Below, piece after piece: positions 18,154 through 29,165 of a stretch of DNA of 57,473 nt. The translations under genes and the position numbers were made by a program. Each line of letters starts with the position of its first letter. Within the stretch, counting starts at the first letter, position 1. The stretch comes from Fibrobacteria bacterium (lineage in GTDB: Bacteria; Fibrobacterota; Chitinivibrionia; Chitinivibrionales; FEN-1185): assembly GCA_037447435.1 (NCBI GenBank), contig JBBIGR010000034.1, forward strand, positions 1-57,473, read 5' to 3'. A model generated the notes under the pieces. That model was not told where the DNA came from and made no database searches. It was given only the letters and a program-made list of their open reading frames with translations.

Positions 18154-18608
18154 TGAAAAATATTATGCTTTATTCCGACGGGGCTTGTTCGGGAAACCCC
18201 GGGCCCGGCGGCTTCGGAGTTATTCTTGAATGCAACGGAGCCACCAAGGAGCTATCGGGAGGCTTTACCGGCACGACCAATAACCGCATGGAGCTCATGG
18301 GGGTCATCGTCGGCCTCGAGTCTCTCAAGGAGCAATGCGGCGTCACGGTGGTGTCGGACTCTAAATACGTCGTTGACGCAATGGAAAAAGGCTGGGCCGC
18401 GAAATGGCGTGCAAAAGGCTGGATGCGCAACAATAAAGACAAAGCGTTAAACCCCGATTTATGGCAACGGTTACTTGATTTGTGTTCAAAACATCGGGTG
18501 AAATTCACCTGGGTCAACGGCCATGCCGGACACCCCCAAAACGAGCGCTGCGACGAGCTTGCCGTTGCCGCAACCCGCAATCCTAATTTACCGCCCGATG
18601 TTAGATAA
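18153..18608 (+). CDS. rnhA: Ribonuclease HI
   Basis: [46 protein letters not shown]. Confidence 0.98.
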   Translation: MKNIMLYSDGACSGNPGPGGFGVILECNGATKELSGGFTGTTNNRMELMGVIVGLESLKEQCGVTVVSDSKYVVDAMEKGWAAKWRAKGWMRNNKDKALNPDLWQRLLDLCSKHRVKFTWVNGHAGHPQNERCDELAVAATRNPNLPPDVR

Positions 18609-18685
18609 GACTCCGTACAAAACATAAATTTTAAGGATTGCTTCTCCCCACAAACTTTGCTTTAAAAATCTGCCAAGGATTTCGA

Positions 18686-18756
18686 TTTTTACTCTTTTTT
18701 TACTCCTTCTCCTGCTTTTTTACTCACGACATTTTTCATATAACCGTATTTTTACT
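18686..18756 (+). promoter_or_regulatory. Probable KdpE binding site (OmpR-type direct repeats)
   Basis: TTTTTACTC at 18686 and 18697 (11-bp period) and 18717, plus TTTTTACT at 18749, directly upstream of kdpF. Resembles the T-rich TTTATAC/TTTACAC KdpE box of E. coli. Confidence 0.65.
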
Positions 18757-18828
18757 AAATAGGTAATGCGTACGGGTAGGTAAACGGGGCTGTTCCTGTT
18801 CCGACAATAATTCGGCTTTGGAGGATGT

Positions 18829-18918
18829 ATGCAAGGGGATTTCATAGTAGGTGCCGTGACCGCAGTTTTGTTATTCGGCTATCTGATAATTGCCATGTTG
18901 TTCCCGGAAAAGTTTTAA
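18829..18918 (+). CDS. kdpF: K+-transporting ATPase subunit F (29 aa; absent from the ORF track)
   Basis: GGAGG RBS, ATG at 18829, MQGDFIVGAVTAVLLFGYLIIAMLFPEKF*. The YL..A...PEKF end is diagnostic. Confidence 0.92.
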   Translation: MQGDFIVGAVTAVLLFGYLIIAMLFPEKF

Positions 18919-18965
18919 TCCGAGGGAAAAATTGGTTTTATCGAAGGGAAATAAAGGGGTGACTA

Positions 18966-20657
18966 ATGGAATCAAACGAGTTATTACAAATCGTGCTGTT
19001 CGTCGGTTTGCTCTGTGTGAGTACGCCGCTTCTTGGATGGTATATAGCCCGACTTTACGATGAAAGCAAGCCGCTTCGATTGCCTGTTCTCCATGAAATT
19101 GAGCAGGGGATTTACCGCATATGCGGCATTGACCCTTCCGAGCCGATGAATTGGAAAACCTACGCATGGACGGTGATCCTGATAAGCGGCGTCGGCGTCG
19201 CTGCTGCATTTCTACTACAAACTTTACAGCATAGGCTGCCTCTTAATCCGCAACACTTCAATGGAGTCGATTTTTTTCTCGCTTTCAATACTGCCGTAAG
19301 CTTTGTGACCAATACCAATTGGCAAGCATATTCCGGCGAAACGACAATGGCTTATTTTACCCAAATGGCCGCATTGTGCGTGCAAAATTTTTTAAGTGCA
19401 GCAACGGCAATTGCAGTCGTCGCAGCCCTGGCACGCGGATTTTCCCGAAAATCCAGCAGGTCGATCGGCAATTTCTGGTCCGACAGTACGAAAGCCGTAG
19501 TGTACATCCTTCTCCCTCTCTCAATCGTTTTTGCCTTCATCCTCGTTCAACAGGGCTCACCGCAAACCTTTAAACCTTATGCAAAAGCAACGACAATGGA
19601 AGGTACCGAACAAATTATTCCCTTGGGCCCTGCCGCTTCACAGATAGCAATAAAGCAACTGGGGACCAACGGCGGCGGTTTTTTCAATGCGAACAGTGCG
19701 CATCCGTTCGAAAACCCGACGCCGCTGTCGAATTTTCTGGAAATACTTGCGATATTCCTCATTCCGGCCGCGCTTGCCTGGGCATTCGGGACAATGGTAG
19801 GCTCCACCCGTCACGGGTGGGTGCTGTTCGGGGCCATGATGGTTTTATTTTTGGCAGGATTGTCGGTTTCGTTGATCGGTGAAAATGGTTACAATCCGGT
19901 ATTAAATGTCAATGCCCCGATGGAAGGCAAAGAGCTGCGGTTCGGCACTGCCGGATCCGCGCTTTTTGCAACAGCGACGACCGCCGCGTCGTGCGGGGCG
20001 GTCAATTGCATGCACGAAAGTCTTTCGCCTTTGTCTCACTTGGTCACTATAGCCAATATGATGACCGGTGAAGTGATTTTCGGCGGGGTAGGTTCCGGCT
20101 TGTACGGAATGGTCCTCTACGCTATCATGACGGTTTTTATCGCAGGCCTTATGGTAGGACGAACCCCGGAATACCTTGGGAAAAAAATAGATGCATTTGA
20201 TGTAAAAATGTCCGTTATCGGGATTCTCGGTTCATCGGTAATACTCATGATTACTGCCGCGATTGCGATCAGCGTAAAAGCCGGGACCAGTTCGCTTTCG
20301 GCGCAGGGGCCTTTAGGCCTTAACGAAATCATATATGCGTTTGCCTCTGTGTCAAACAATAACGGCAGCGCTTTCGGTGGCCTTAATGCAAACACGGTGT
20401 TTTACAATGTGATAACAGCCTTTGCCATGCTGTTCGGACGTTTCACCACACTGTTTGCCGTTCTCGCAATGGCGGGAAGCCTTGCTGCAAAAAAAATAAA
20501 ACCCGCATCGGAAGGTACGTTTCCTACCGACGGGTTCTTGTTTCTTTTTCTTTTAATCGGGACAGTGGTTATCGTGGGTGCATTGAATTTTTTTCCTGTA
20601 TTGTCAATAGGTCCCGTTTTGGAACATTTGCTTATGATAAGCGGGAAAGGACTGTAA
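18966..20657 (+). CDS. kdpA: K+-transporting ATPase subunit A
   Basis: [51 protein letters not shown]. Confidence 0.98.
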   Translation: MESNELLQIVLFVGLLCVSTPLLGWYIARLYDESKPLRLPVLHEIEQGIYRICGIDPSEPMNWKTYAWTVILISGVGVAAAFLLQTLQHRLPLNPQHFNGVDFFLAFNTAVSFVTNTNWQAYSGETTMAYFTQMAALCVQNFLSAATAIAVVAALARGFSRKSSRSIGNFWSDSTKAVVYILLPLSIVFAFILVQQGSPQTFKPYAKATTMEGTEQIIPLGPAASQIAIKQLGTNGGGFFNANSAHPFENPTPLSNFLEILAIFLIPAALAWAFGTMVGSTRHGWVLFGAMMVLFLAGLSVSLIGENGYNPVLNVNAPMEGKELRFGTAGSALFATATTAASCGAVNCMHESLSPLSHLVTIANMMTGEVIFGGVGSGLYGMVLYAIMTVFIAGLMVGRTPEYLGKKIDAFDVKMSVIGILGSSVILMITAAIAISVKAGTSSLSAQGPLGLNEIIYAFASVSNNNGSAFGGLNANTVFYNVITAFAMLFGRFTTLFAVLAMAGSLAAKKIKPASEGTFPTDGFLFLFLLIGTVVIVGALNFFPVLSIGPVLEHLLMISGKGL

Positions 20658-20658
20658 A

Positions 20659-22803
20659 ATGAGCGCCAAAGCAATGGATTCAATAAACCTTTTTGACCCG
20701 GGCCTCATCCGTGCGGCAATAAAGGATTCCTTTAAAAAGCTCGATCCCAGGGTTTTATTTCGAAACCCGGTCATGTTTATCGTTGAAATCGGGGCACTAT
20801 TGTCGACCTATGGACTTGCGCGCGATTTTTTATCGCGGGGCAATTTCGGCTTTGATCTTAACGTTACCCTGTGGTTGTGGTTTACAGTCCTTTTTGCCAA
20901 TTTTGCCGAGGCCATTGCCGAGGGTCGGGGAAAAGCACAGGCCGCGAGCCTTCGACAATCGGTAACCGGGCTTATTGCACACAAAATCAATTCGTATCAC
21001 AGCGATACAACTGTATCTAAAGTTAATGAGCAACCGGGCGATTGTATAACTGAAATTGGGGCAAACGAGTTGCGAATGGGTGATTATGTCTTTTGTAAAA
21101 CAGGGGACACGATTCCGGGTGACGGTGAGGTGGTCGACGGCATTGCCAGTGTCGATGAATCAGCGATAACCGGCGAATCGGCTCCGGTGATCAGAGAGTC
21201 GGGCGGCGATCGAAGTGCGGTAACCGGCGGCACCAGGATATTGAGCGATTGCATCATTGTTCGCATTACATCGGAACGGGGTAACACCTTTATTGACAGA
21301 ATGATAGCTCTTGTCGAGGGTGCGGTGAGGGGAAAAACCCCCAACGAAATCGCACTTTGCATTTTGCTTGCAAGCCTGTCGCTTGTGTTTCTCCTCGCGG
21401 TTGCAACACTACCCGCATTTGCGTTATATGTGGAAAAAACCACCAATCAAATCGGGGTGATTCTTCTGAGTTTGCCCGTGCTAGTCTCTCTTTTGGTATG
21501 CCTCATTCCAACCACAATAGGCGCATTGTTGAGTGCTATAGGAATTTCGGGCATGAACAGGTTGCTTCGACATAATGTCATTGCGACAAGCGGCAGGGCA
21601 ATAGAAGCTGCCGGCGACGTGGATGTGTTGCTTCTAGACAAAACAGGAACCATTACCGTGGGAAACCGCATGGCCGCAGAATTCATCGCCGCACCCGGTA
21701 TCGCTTTGGAATATCTTGCGGACCGTGCGCAATTGGCGTCTTTGGCCGATGAAACCCCCGAAGGGCGTTCGATTGTGGTGCTTGCAAAAAAGCTGTTCAA
21801 CATTCGATCCCGCGACGTTGCCGATACGCATGGCCATTTCATTCCATTTTCAGCCCAAACGCGTATGAGCGGAGTCGATTTAGTCAATCCGGCCGGCGGC
21901 GGGGTAAGCAGGATACGGAAAGGCTCGGCCGAAGCAATACAGCGATTTGTCAACGAACGCAACGGCATTGTCTCGCAGGCGGTTTCGGATGCCGTAGCCG
22001 CGATATCCCGCCAGGGCGGAACGCCGCTTGTTGTTGCGGAGGACAATCGGGCATTAGGAGTGGTTAATCTTAAGGATATTGTCAAGGGCGGTATACGGGA
22101 ACGTTTCGCGCATCTTCGACTTATGGGAATCCGTACGGTCATGATCACCGGCGATAATCCCGTTACCGCGGCGGCAATTGCCGCTGAAGCAGGCGTGGAC
22201 GATTTTATTGCAGAGGCAACACCCGAATCGAAGCTGGCACGAATTAAAGAAGAGCAAAATCAAGGACGATTGGTCGCCATGATCGGCGACGGGACCAACG
22301 ATGCTCCGGCATTAGCCCAGGCTGATGTCGGCGTTGCAATGAATACGGGAACGCAGGCTGCACGCGAGGCAGGAAATATGATCGATCTGGACAGTAACCC
22401 GACCAAGCTTATAGAAATCGTTGAAATCGGCAAGCAGCTTCTCATGACGCGCGGTTCTCTCACCACATTCAGCATTGCAAACGACGTTTCAAAATATTTT
22501 GCCATTTTACCGGCACTATTCAGCGGTCTGTACGCGACGACATCGGTACCCGGACCGCTTATGGCACTTAACATTATGAAATTGGCGTCTCCGCAAAGCG
22601 CGATACTGAGCGCGGTCATTTTTAACGCAATCATTATAATTGCCCTCATACCGCTTTCGCTGAGAGGCGTTTCCTATAAACCGTCGAGTGCCCGGAGAAT
22701 ATTGCTCCGGAATATCTTCATCTATGGCGCCGGCGGGCTGATTATTCCCTTTATAGGCATCAAACTTATAGACATGGTTCTTGTTGCCGCGGGGCTATCT
22801 TGA
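20659..22803 (+). CDS. kdpB: K+-transporting ATPase subunit B (P-type ATPase)
   Basis: [22 protein letters not shown] phosphorylation site, [10 protein letters not shown]. Confidence 0.98.
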   Translation: MSAKAMDSINLFDPGLIRAAIKDSFKKLDPRVLFRNPVMFIVEIGALLSTYGLARDFLSRGNFGFDLNVTLWLWFTVLFANFAEAIAEGRGKAQAASLRQSVTGLIAHKINSYHSDTTVSKVNEQPGDCITEIGANELRMGDYVFCKTGDTIPGDGEVVDGIASVDESAITGESAPVIRESGGDRSAVTGGTRILSDCIIVRITSERGNTFIDRMIALVEGAVRGKTPNEIALCILLASLSLVFLLAVATLPAFALYVEKTTNQIGVILLSLPVLVSLLVCLIPTTIGALLSAIGISGMNRLLRHNVIATSGRAIEAAGDVDVLLLDKTGTITVGNRMAAEFIAAPGIALEYLADRAQLASLADETPEGRSIVVLAKKLFNIRSRDVADTHGHFIPFSAQTRMSGVDLVNPAGGGVSRIRKGSAEAIQRFVNERNGIVSQAVSDAVAAISRQGGTPLVVAEDNRALGVVNLKDIVKGGIRERFAHLRLMGIRTVMITGDNPVTAAAIAAEAGVDDFIAEATPESKLARIKEEQNQGRLVAMIGDGTNDAPALAQADVGVAMNTGTQAAREAGNMIDLDSNPTKLIEIVEIGKQLLMTRGSLTTFSIANDVSKYFAILPALFSGLYATTSVPGPLMALNIMKLASPQSAILSAVIFNAIIIIALIPLSLRGVSYKPSSARRILLRNIFIYGAGGLIIPFIGIKLIDMVLVAAGLS

Positions 22804-22817
22804 GAAAGGAAAATAGT

Positions 22818-23399
22818 ATGAAGTCGATATTTCGTGCGGTCAGGTTTCTTTTGGTTATTACCCTTGTTACAGGGCTTATGTATCCTGTAATGGTACATGT
22901 ATTTGCTGTGCTTTGTTTCCCCGTGCAATCGCAGGGAAGTTTACTCTATGAGAAAGGACGGGTCGTCGGTTCCCGTCTTATAGGACAATCATTTGTCGAT
23001 AGCGCATATTTCTGGCCGCGGCCTTCGGCGACAAATTTTAACGCCATGCCGTCGGGAGGAAGCAATCTGCCCCCGATATCCGATTCGCTTCGCAAAATAA
23101 TCGATTTGCGGCGAACGGCGTTTCGGTCGGCAAACGGACTTGGAAATTCGGACATCATCCCTAATGATATGCTGTTTGCTTCGGGAAGCGGATTGGACGG
23201 CGACATCAGTCCGGATGCGGCGCGTTTGCAAATAGGAAGAATATCTCGAATACGTCATATGACAAATGGTCAAAAAACCGAACTTGCGTCTTTGGTCGAA
23301 CATTCGATTATTCCCAGGCAATTCGGTTTTCTCGGTAAAGCGAGAGTCAATGTATTGCAGCTCAATAGCGAATTAAACCGAGTGGCCATTAGTAAATAA
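22818..23399 (+). CDS. kdpC: K+-transporting ATPase subunit C
   Basis: GSRLIGQSF, YFWPRPSA, SGGSNL, ASGSGLD, VNVLQLN. Start at the ATG after AAGGA. Confidence 0.95.
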   Translation: MKSIFRAVRFLLVITLVTGLMYPVMVHVFAVLCFPVQSQGSLLYEKGRVVGSRLIGQSFVDSAYFWPRPSATNFNAMPSGGSNLPPISDSLRKIIDLRRTAFRSANGLGNSDIIPNDMLFASGSGLDGDISPDAARLQIGRISRIRHMTNGQKTELASLVEHSIIPRQFGFLGKARVNVLQLNSELNRVAISK

Positions 23400-23551
23400 A
23401 TTTCGGAGGGATGGAAGACGATCGGGAGGTCGGTCGAGGTTCTTGGCTATGGCAGTGTGCATAATTGTATTTTGATTGATTGCGACCGGTCCATAAATCA
23501 CGGTTGTGCCGGGACAAACGAGTACCTATAGTTTGCAGGAGGTCCGAATCC

Positions 23552-24355
23552 ATGAATTTTATCACTAAATATAAAAAGGTTTTAAAAAGATTCGGACAAA
23601 TAGTTGCGTTTTGTGCGGCTATTTTGGTAACGACCGCGGTCAATGTTAGATTCGGTTCAATCACCGACGCTTCGACGGTTGCTTTTTGTTTTATTATCAT
23701 TGTGTTAATGTCCGCCTATTTCGGCAATATTGTCGTTGCTTTTACCGCATCCGTCGTCGCTACGCTTTGCTACGATTATTATTATTTGCCGCCGCGAGGG
23801 ACATTCGATATCGCGGCTTTTTCCGATTGGGTTTCTTTGGCCGCATTTCTGCTGACATCGGTTATTGTCGGCAGGTTGACAGCCTCGGCTGCCGACCATG
23901 CCGCAAAAGCGGACGACTTGGAGAAAGGATTAATCACGCTCAAGGAGTTCGGCGTATGGTTAATGTCAATTCCCGACAATCAACTTTCGCTTTCTAAAGC
24001 GGCACATGAGATCCTCCGTGTTTTTTCCTTGGAATACTGTTCGATTCACGTTTACGACGATACTAAAGGATATCATTGTACCGGAACCGCATCGTTAAAG
24101 GGTTCATCAAAAATTGAAAGTGAAGGCGACTCTTTTAAAGATCATGAAGCGGATTTGATTGATTTGGCGGATGAAAATATGCTGGGCGTTCAGTATATAA
24201 AAGTTGCCGAAGGTAAAAACCCCCGTGCCGTGCTGGTTGTTAAAACCGATACGGTTCCTGCCAGTGTGCTGGGGGCGATCGCGGCTGCGGTCGGTATTCG
24301 TATGATGGAAATCATGAAAAACAAAAATTCGTTACACAGTCGGCACCCCGAATAG
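23552..24355 (+). CDS. Stand-alone DUF4118 (KdpD 4-TM) plus GAF-like domain protein with no kinase
   Basis: AGGAGG RBS. Four TMs with ATLCYDYYYLPP.GTF.I...DWVSL motif, then a GAF-like region. No HisKA/HATPase motifs. Confidence 0.8.
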   Translation: MNFITKYKKVLKRFGQIVAFCAAILVTTAVNVRFGSITDASTVAFCFIIIVLMSAYFGNIVVAFTASVVATLCYDYYYLPPRGTFDIAAFSDWVSLAAFLLTSVIVGRLTASAADHAAKADDLEKGLITLKEFGVWLMSIPDNQLSLSKAAHEILRVFSLEYCSIHVYDDTKGYHCTGTASLKGSSKIESEGDSFKDHEADLIDLADENMLGVQYIKVAEGKNPRAVLVVKTDTVPASVLGAIAAAVGIRMMEIMKNKNSLHSRHPE

Positions 24356-24443
24356 GGGGCGCCGGAGTGATGAGGGTTCTCCCATAGAAACATTTTCCAA
24401 AAAGCTTGACAATACGCGCGGAAAGCTCAAGGTTTTTCTTGGC

Positions 24444-27035
24444 ATGTGCGCTGGCGTGGGCAAAACTTTTGCAATGCTTCGTGAAGCTCAGGCAAAAGTT
24501 AAGGAACATGAAGACATTGTCATAGGCTACATCGAAACGCATAACCGCCCCGAAACGCAGGCCCTGCTTCAGGGACTTTCGATTATTCCGAGAAAGATCA
24601 TTGCACATCGGGGAATAGATCTTGAAGAAATGGATTTGGATGCGATCCTCGCCCGTCGGCCCGCAATCGTTCTCGTCGACGAACTTCCGCATACCAATGC
24701 TCTCGGATGCCGGCACAGCAAGCGCTATCAGGATGTGCTGGAGCTTCTTGATGCGGGCATCGACGTGTTTACCGCTCTCAATGTCCAGCATATCGAAAGC
24801 CGGGTCGATGTCGTGCAAAGCATATCCTCAATTAACGTACGGGAAACAGTGCCCGATTCGATAGTGGACCTTGCAGACGATATTCAATTGATCGATGTTA
24901 CCCCGGAAGACCTCAGGGCCAGGCTTGCCGACGGAAAAGTGTATCTTGGAGAACGGGCGGCGACCGCGGCGGATAACTTCTTTAAAATAGAGAACCTTTC
25001 TGCGTTGCGTGAAATCGCCATGCGGGTAATGTCGGAAAAAGTCGGGCAGGATGTCAGGGACGCAATGACCGAGCGCCACATTCAGGGGCCATGGAAAAGT
25101 TCGGAACGATTTTTGGTCGCCGTCGGCCCCAGCCCCTTTTCCGAACCGCTGATCCGCTGGACACGACGGATTGCCGCAGCCACCCATGCGTCATGGATAG
25201 CGGTCCATGTCGACACGTTCCGCCCGCTTTCGAACGAGGAAAAAAGCCGGCTCTCCCGCAATTTATCTCTGGTCAAGCAGTTGGGCGGCGAAACGATCAC
25301 CGTAGCCTCGGATGCTGTTTCGGATGCGCTATTGCGGGTTGCAAAAGATCAAAATGTGACCCAGATCGTTATGGGGAAACCGTTGGAATCGTCGCTGGTC
25401 AGGTTTTTCACCGGTCGCTCGCTTGTCGATAAATTGATATTAAAAAGCGGCGACATAGACATTTGCGTGGTGCGGGCAGAAAAAAAGACATCGGCAAAAA
25501 CGACCCGGTTCCGGCAAGAAAAAATACCCGCTCCCTGGTTTAAGGATTTGGGAATCGGGACGGGAGTCATCGCCGCAGTGACGATGGTACTTTGGACCAT
25601 TCATCCTCTCACGACCTATTCGTCGATCGCGTTACTTTATTTGTTGTCAATAGTTTTATTGGCAACGAAACTGAGCAGAAGGGCCATAGTAATTCTTGCC
25701 GGCCTAACGGGACTGTTATGGGATTTTTTATTCATTCCGCCGATTTTCACCTTTCGTATAGATACATTCAACGATATACTCATGTTGCTGATGTATTTCG
25801 TCATCGCACTTGTCGTGGGGCAACTCACCGCTCGTTTGAAAATGCGGGAAACGGCGGAACGGATGAGCGAACGCCGCACCAGAGTATTGTACAAGCTTGC
25901 GCAATGCGTCGTTGAAAGCAGGTCGCTCGATGAAGGTTTACGTCTGGCAATCGGTCAAATCGACGCGGTATTCGAATCGCGTACCGCAATTACACTTTCT
26001 TCCGACAAGGGCGCCGATTCAAATACGGCGCATCCCGCAAGTACCTGGCTGCTCGGTCAAAAGGAATCGAGCGTCGTAGCGTGGGTAAACGGATCGAATA
26101 AAGTAGCGGGCAAATTTACCGATACGCTTCCGCAGTCCGAAGGCATACATGTTCCGTTGCAAACAACGCACGGTTGCATCGGCGTATTGTCGCTTTTGCC
26201 GCCCGAAGGTTCCATACTCGATGTCGGGCAGCGGGAATTGCTCGAGACGATTGCCGACCATGTTGCCGCATTGGTCGATCGGTACGGGTTAATTGCCCAG
26301 TCCAATAAAAATGCCCTTGCCGAAGAATCCGAGAAATTGTATAGGGTGATTTTCGATTGCATTTCCCACGAGCTCAAAACGCCGCTTGCGATCGTCAGCG
26401 CCTCGACTGCTCAGGCCGATGCGCTTTTTAGCAAAGGGGATATCATTGCCGGCCGCGGTGCCCTGGAAGAATCGGCAATCGCCCTGCGGAGGCTGCGAAG
26501 GATTGTCGAAAACCTCTTGGGAATGACCCGCATGGAATCGGAACATGTCAAACTCGAATCCGACTGGTGCGATATTGAAGATATTATTTCCGCCGCCAAA
26601 AAACAGTCGTCCGACTTATTGGATCAGTTCGTTATGCGCGTTATTATACCCGACGACATTCCGATGGTGCAAGCGGATCCGGTTCTTCTGACTCATGTGT
26701 TTTCTAATATTCTTGTCAATGCGGCACAGCATGCACCGCAAGGGTCGGAAATTTCTATTTCAGCCGCCTTCGACAACGATTGCATCGTTATCAATATATC
26801 CGATAGCGGTGAAGGGATTGCGCCCGAAGAACTGGACGGCAGGCTGTTTGGAAAATTCAATCGGGGAAAAAATGCAAAACCGGGCGGAATCGGCCTGGGG
26901 TTGTCCATTGTCGAGCGATTTATGGCGCTTATCGGCGGATCGGTTTCCGCAAATAATAACCAGGCCGGGCCGGGCGCTGTTTTTACCTTGAAATTTCCCA
27001 ATAAACAAAATTTCAAAGGCGATAAACGTGGATGA
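24444..27035 (+). CDS. kdpD: Sensor histidine kinase KdpD (true start probably upstream of 24444)
   Basis: AGVGKT, VDELPHTN, KRYQDV, NVQHIES, USP domain, 4 TMs, GAF, SHELKTPL, GIGLGLSIV. The conserved RGKLKVFLG is in frame upstream of the first ATG. Confidence 0.95.
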   Translation: MCAGVGKTFAMLREAQAKVKEHEDIVIGYIETHNRPETQALLQGLSIIPRKIIAHRGIDLEEMDLDAILARRPAIVLVDELPHTNALGCRHSKRYQDVLELLDAGIDVFTALNVQHIESRVDVVQSISSINVRETVPDSIVDLADDIQLIDVTPEDLRARLADGKVYLGERAATAADNFFKIENLSALREIAMRVMSEKVGQDVRDAMTERHIQGPWKSSERFLVAVGPSPFSEPLIRWTRRIAAATHASWIAVHVDTFRPLSNEEKSRLSRNLSLVKQLGGETITVASDAVSDALLRVAKDQNVTQIVMGKPLESSLVRFFTGRSLVDKLILKSGDIDICVVRAEKKTSAKTTRFRQEKIPAPWFKDLGIGTGVIAAVTMVLWTIHPLTTYSSIALLYLLSIVLLATKLSRRAIVILAGLTGLLWDFLFIPPIFTFRIDTFNDILMLLMYFVIALVVGQLTARLKMRETAERMSERRTRVLYKLAQCVVESRSLDEGLRLAIGQIDAVFESRTAITLSSDKGADSNTAHPASTWLLGQKESSVVAWVNGSNKVAGKFTDTLPQSEGIHVPLQTTHGCIGVLSLLPPEGSILDVGQRELLETIADHVAALVDRYGLIAQSNKNALAEESEKLYRVIFDCISHELKTPLAIVSASTAQADALFSKGDIIAGRGALEESAIALRRLRRIVENLLGMTRMESEHVKLESDWCDIEDIISAAKKQSSDLLDQFVMRVIIPDDIPMVQADPVLLTHVFSNILVNAAQHAPQGSEISISAAFDNDCIVINISDSGEGIAPEELDGRLFGKFNRGKNAKPGGIGLGLSIVERFMALIGGSVSANNNQAGPGAVFTLKFPNKQNFKGDKRG

Positions 27036-27729
27036 CGTTGCCGCAAAGTTCATTGCGGTCGTCATCGATGACGAACCGCAAATCCGTAAATTGCTTTATG
27101 CGCTTCTGGAATCGGAAAACTATACCGTGTATGAAGCCGAAAGCGGCCAGCTCGGGCTCATGGAGATCGCATTTAGAAAACCCGACGTTGTCGTGCTTGA
27201 TTTGGGCTTACCCGATATCGACGGCCACGAAGTGCTCAGGCGCCTTCGGGAATGGAGCACGGTGCCGGTACTTGTTTTATCGGTGAGGGAAAGCGTTGAT
27301 GACAAAGTCAAGGCATTGGATTTGGGCGCCGACGATTATTTGACGAAACCCTTTCATCAAGCGGAATTGTTTGCTCGCCTCAGGGCAATTGTCCGGCACG
27401 CAAAGGGAACTGTCACGCAAACCGAATTCCGTTCGGCAGATCTGCGAATCGATTTGTCCGCACGAAAGGTCTTTTGTAAAAACCGGGAAATCCATCTGAC
27501 GGCAACAGAGTACGCATTGCTCAAATTACTGGCCCAAAACATGGGGAAAGTTATTACACAAAAGCAATTATTGCAAGACGTATGGGGACCTGCCGCCAAA
27601 GAAAATTCGCATTATTTACGCGTATATATGAGACAATTGCGGAAGAAATTGGAATCTGATCCGGCAATCCCGAAACTGATAATTAATGAACCGGGAATCG
27701 GCTACCGGCTAATGAAATTGCCGGAATAA
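27028..27729 (+). CDS. kdpE: Response regulator KdpE (OmpR family)
   Basis: DDEPQIRK, LDLGLPD, GADDYLTKPF, HLTATEY, YLRVYMRQLRKKLE, EPGIGYR. GTG start overlaps kdpD. Confidence 0.96.
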   Translation: MDDVAAKFIAVVIDDEPQIRKLLYALLESENYTVYEAESGQLGLMEIAFRKPDVVVLDLGLPDIDGHEVLRRLREWSTVPVLVLSVRESVDDKVKALDLGADDYLTKPFHQAELFARLRAIVRHAKGTVTQTEFRSADLRIDLSARKVFCKNREIHLTATEYALLKLLAQNMGKVITQKQLLQDVWGPAAKENSHYLRVYMRQLRKKLESDPAIPKLIINEPGIGYRLMKLPE

Positions 27730-27773
27730 TCCGATCCGTGTACGAACGTTTTCAATCTTACCAGCCAAAAACG

Positions 27774-27805
27774 AAAAAGGCTTTCCCGAATGCGGAAAAG
27801 CCTTT
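27774..27805. terminator. Probable intrinsic terminator between convergent kdpE and GH18 genes
   Basis: AAAAAGGCTTTCCCG-AATG-CGGAAAAGCCTTT: 13-bp stem with one mismatch, A-tract left and short T-tract right. Confidence 0.7.
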
Positions 27806-27828
27806 GAATGAATCCGATATTGTAACGA

Positions 27829-28938
27829 TTACTTTGCAAAGAACGTCTTCGATGCCACCGTTGTATTGTTTGTTGACATTTTGATAACATACGATCCCGC
27901 CGCCACCCGGTTCAATAAAGCGGTGTGAGACCCGGCGTCTGTTATTCCGCGGGATAGCGTATTTACCAATGCGCCCTTGACATCATATACGCCGATATCG
28001 AGATTTGAGCCCCGATAGGCAGCCGGCACTTTATAGGTGATTTCCTGGAACCCGCCATTTGGGGATTTAATTGAAAACGAGAACGTACTTTCATTTTGTG
28101 CTTGATTTTTAGCGAATAGGATGTTCGTAGGGTTTGGATCGACATACTTCGGCAACGCGGTCATATTGGGAGTACCGTTATCTTTTGTCGTAATGGCCCA
28201 TTGGATGATACCGCCGAAACCGTTGCTGATTACCATACTGGCAAGAGCCGTATCCATGGCAACGGAATTACCCATGCTGATGCCCATACCTGCTCCGAGT
28301 TTTTCCTTCGGGCATCCAAGGCTTACGAATTTGGGGAAAATAGTGTTTTTATATTGCGTGGCGGACCCGCTGTAGTTCATATCGTTGACCTGGTCGACAT
28401 ACATCGATACTTTACCGGTAATATCAAACCAATCTTCCGCAGCGACGGTCAACGCAAGTTTGGGATTGACCTTGTTTATCGAATCGCGCAGATCCTTATG
28501 CCAGGCGACATATAAAGTGTTGTCAAAATTTTCTTCCCAATCGGTATCTATGCCGTCGTAACCGACGGATTTGACATTATCTAAAATCATTGAAATGAAT
28601 TTGCCGCGATTGGTATTTGAGCACCAGTATTTAAATCCATCTCCAACCCCTGCGCCGCCAACGCAAAGCATTACCTTTTTGCCGCGTTTATGCCCTTCGG
28701 TAACGAGCCGTTTCCCAAAGCCCGCATCAGGAAAACTTACTGTTCCATTTGTATAGGGCCAAGCCTGGAAATGAGCGACATGCGTAAATGCATCCCAGGG
28801 TAAATTTTCCGGGGTGTAAGAATGGTCCCAGGTGCAGTAATATCCCATAGACCATCCCAGGTATTTTTTAGCGGCAGCAGCGTTTGAAGTCGACGTGCAC
28901 AGGAAAAGGCTAACAGCGACAAGCAAAAATTTCTTCAT
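27829..28938 (-). CDS. Glycoside hydrolase family 18 (chitinase/endo-beta-N-acetylglucosaminidase-like) with C-terminal sorting-like domain
   Basis: Signal peptide, KVMLCVGG, YDGIDTDWEE (DxxDxDxE), GGIIQW. Tail VYDVKGALV...AGSYVIKM...K. Confidence 0.9.
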   Translation of the reverse strand: MKKFLLVAVSLFLCTSTSNAAAAKKYLGWSMGYYCTWDHSYTPENLPWDAFTHVAHFQAWPYTNGTVSFPDAGFGKRLVTEGHKRGKKVMLCVGGAGVGDGFKYWCSNTNRGKFISMILDNVKSVGYDGIDTDWEENFDNTLYVAWHKDLRDSINKVNPKLALTVAAEDWFDITGKVSMYVDQVNDMNYSGSATQYKNTIFPKFVSLGCPKEKLGAGMGISMGNSVAMDTALASMVISNGFGGIIQWAITTKDNGTPNMTALPKYVDPNPTNILFAKNQAQNESTFSFSIKSPNGGFQEITYKVPAAYRGSNLDIGVYDVKGALVNTLSRGITDAGSHTALLNRVAAGSYVIKMSTNNTTVASKTFFAK

Positions 28939-29165
28939 AGCACTTCCTTCCATTTGGGGGATAAGTTTAATCGTTTAACTTATGTTTTTGGAATATGCAA
29001 TTTAAAGCAGACGATAGTATTAACATAAGGATTAAAAGGAAAAATGCCGGTTTTTTTTTAAACTAACCGGTTTTTTGTTGAAAAAATTGTATACTAAATA
29101 TGTGCGGACTAAAATCGATTCGCGAGCGCTATATGTAAAAGGGGCGTTAATTTAGGGGGGGTAAA

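Noticed and set aside
23411..23464. 17-codon ORF MEDDREVGRGSWLWQCA after kdpC
   Set aside because: GGAGG is only 1 nt from the ATG and there is no independent support. Mentioned only as a possible relic of the kdpD 5' end.
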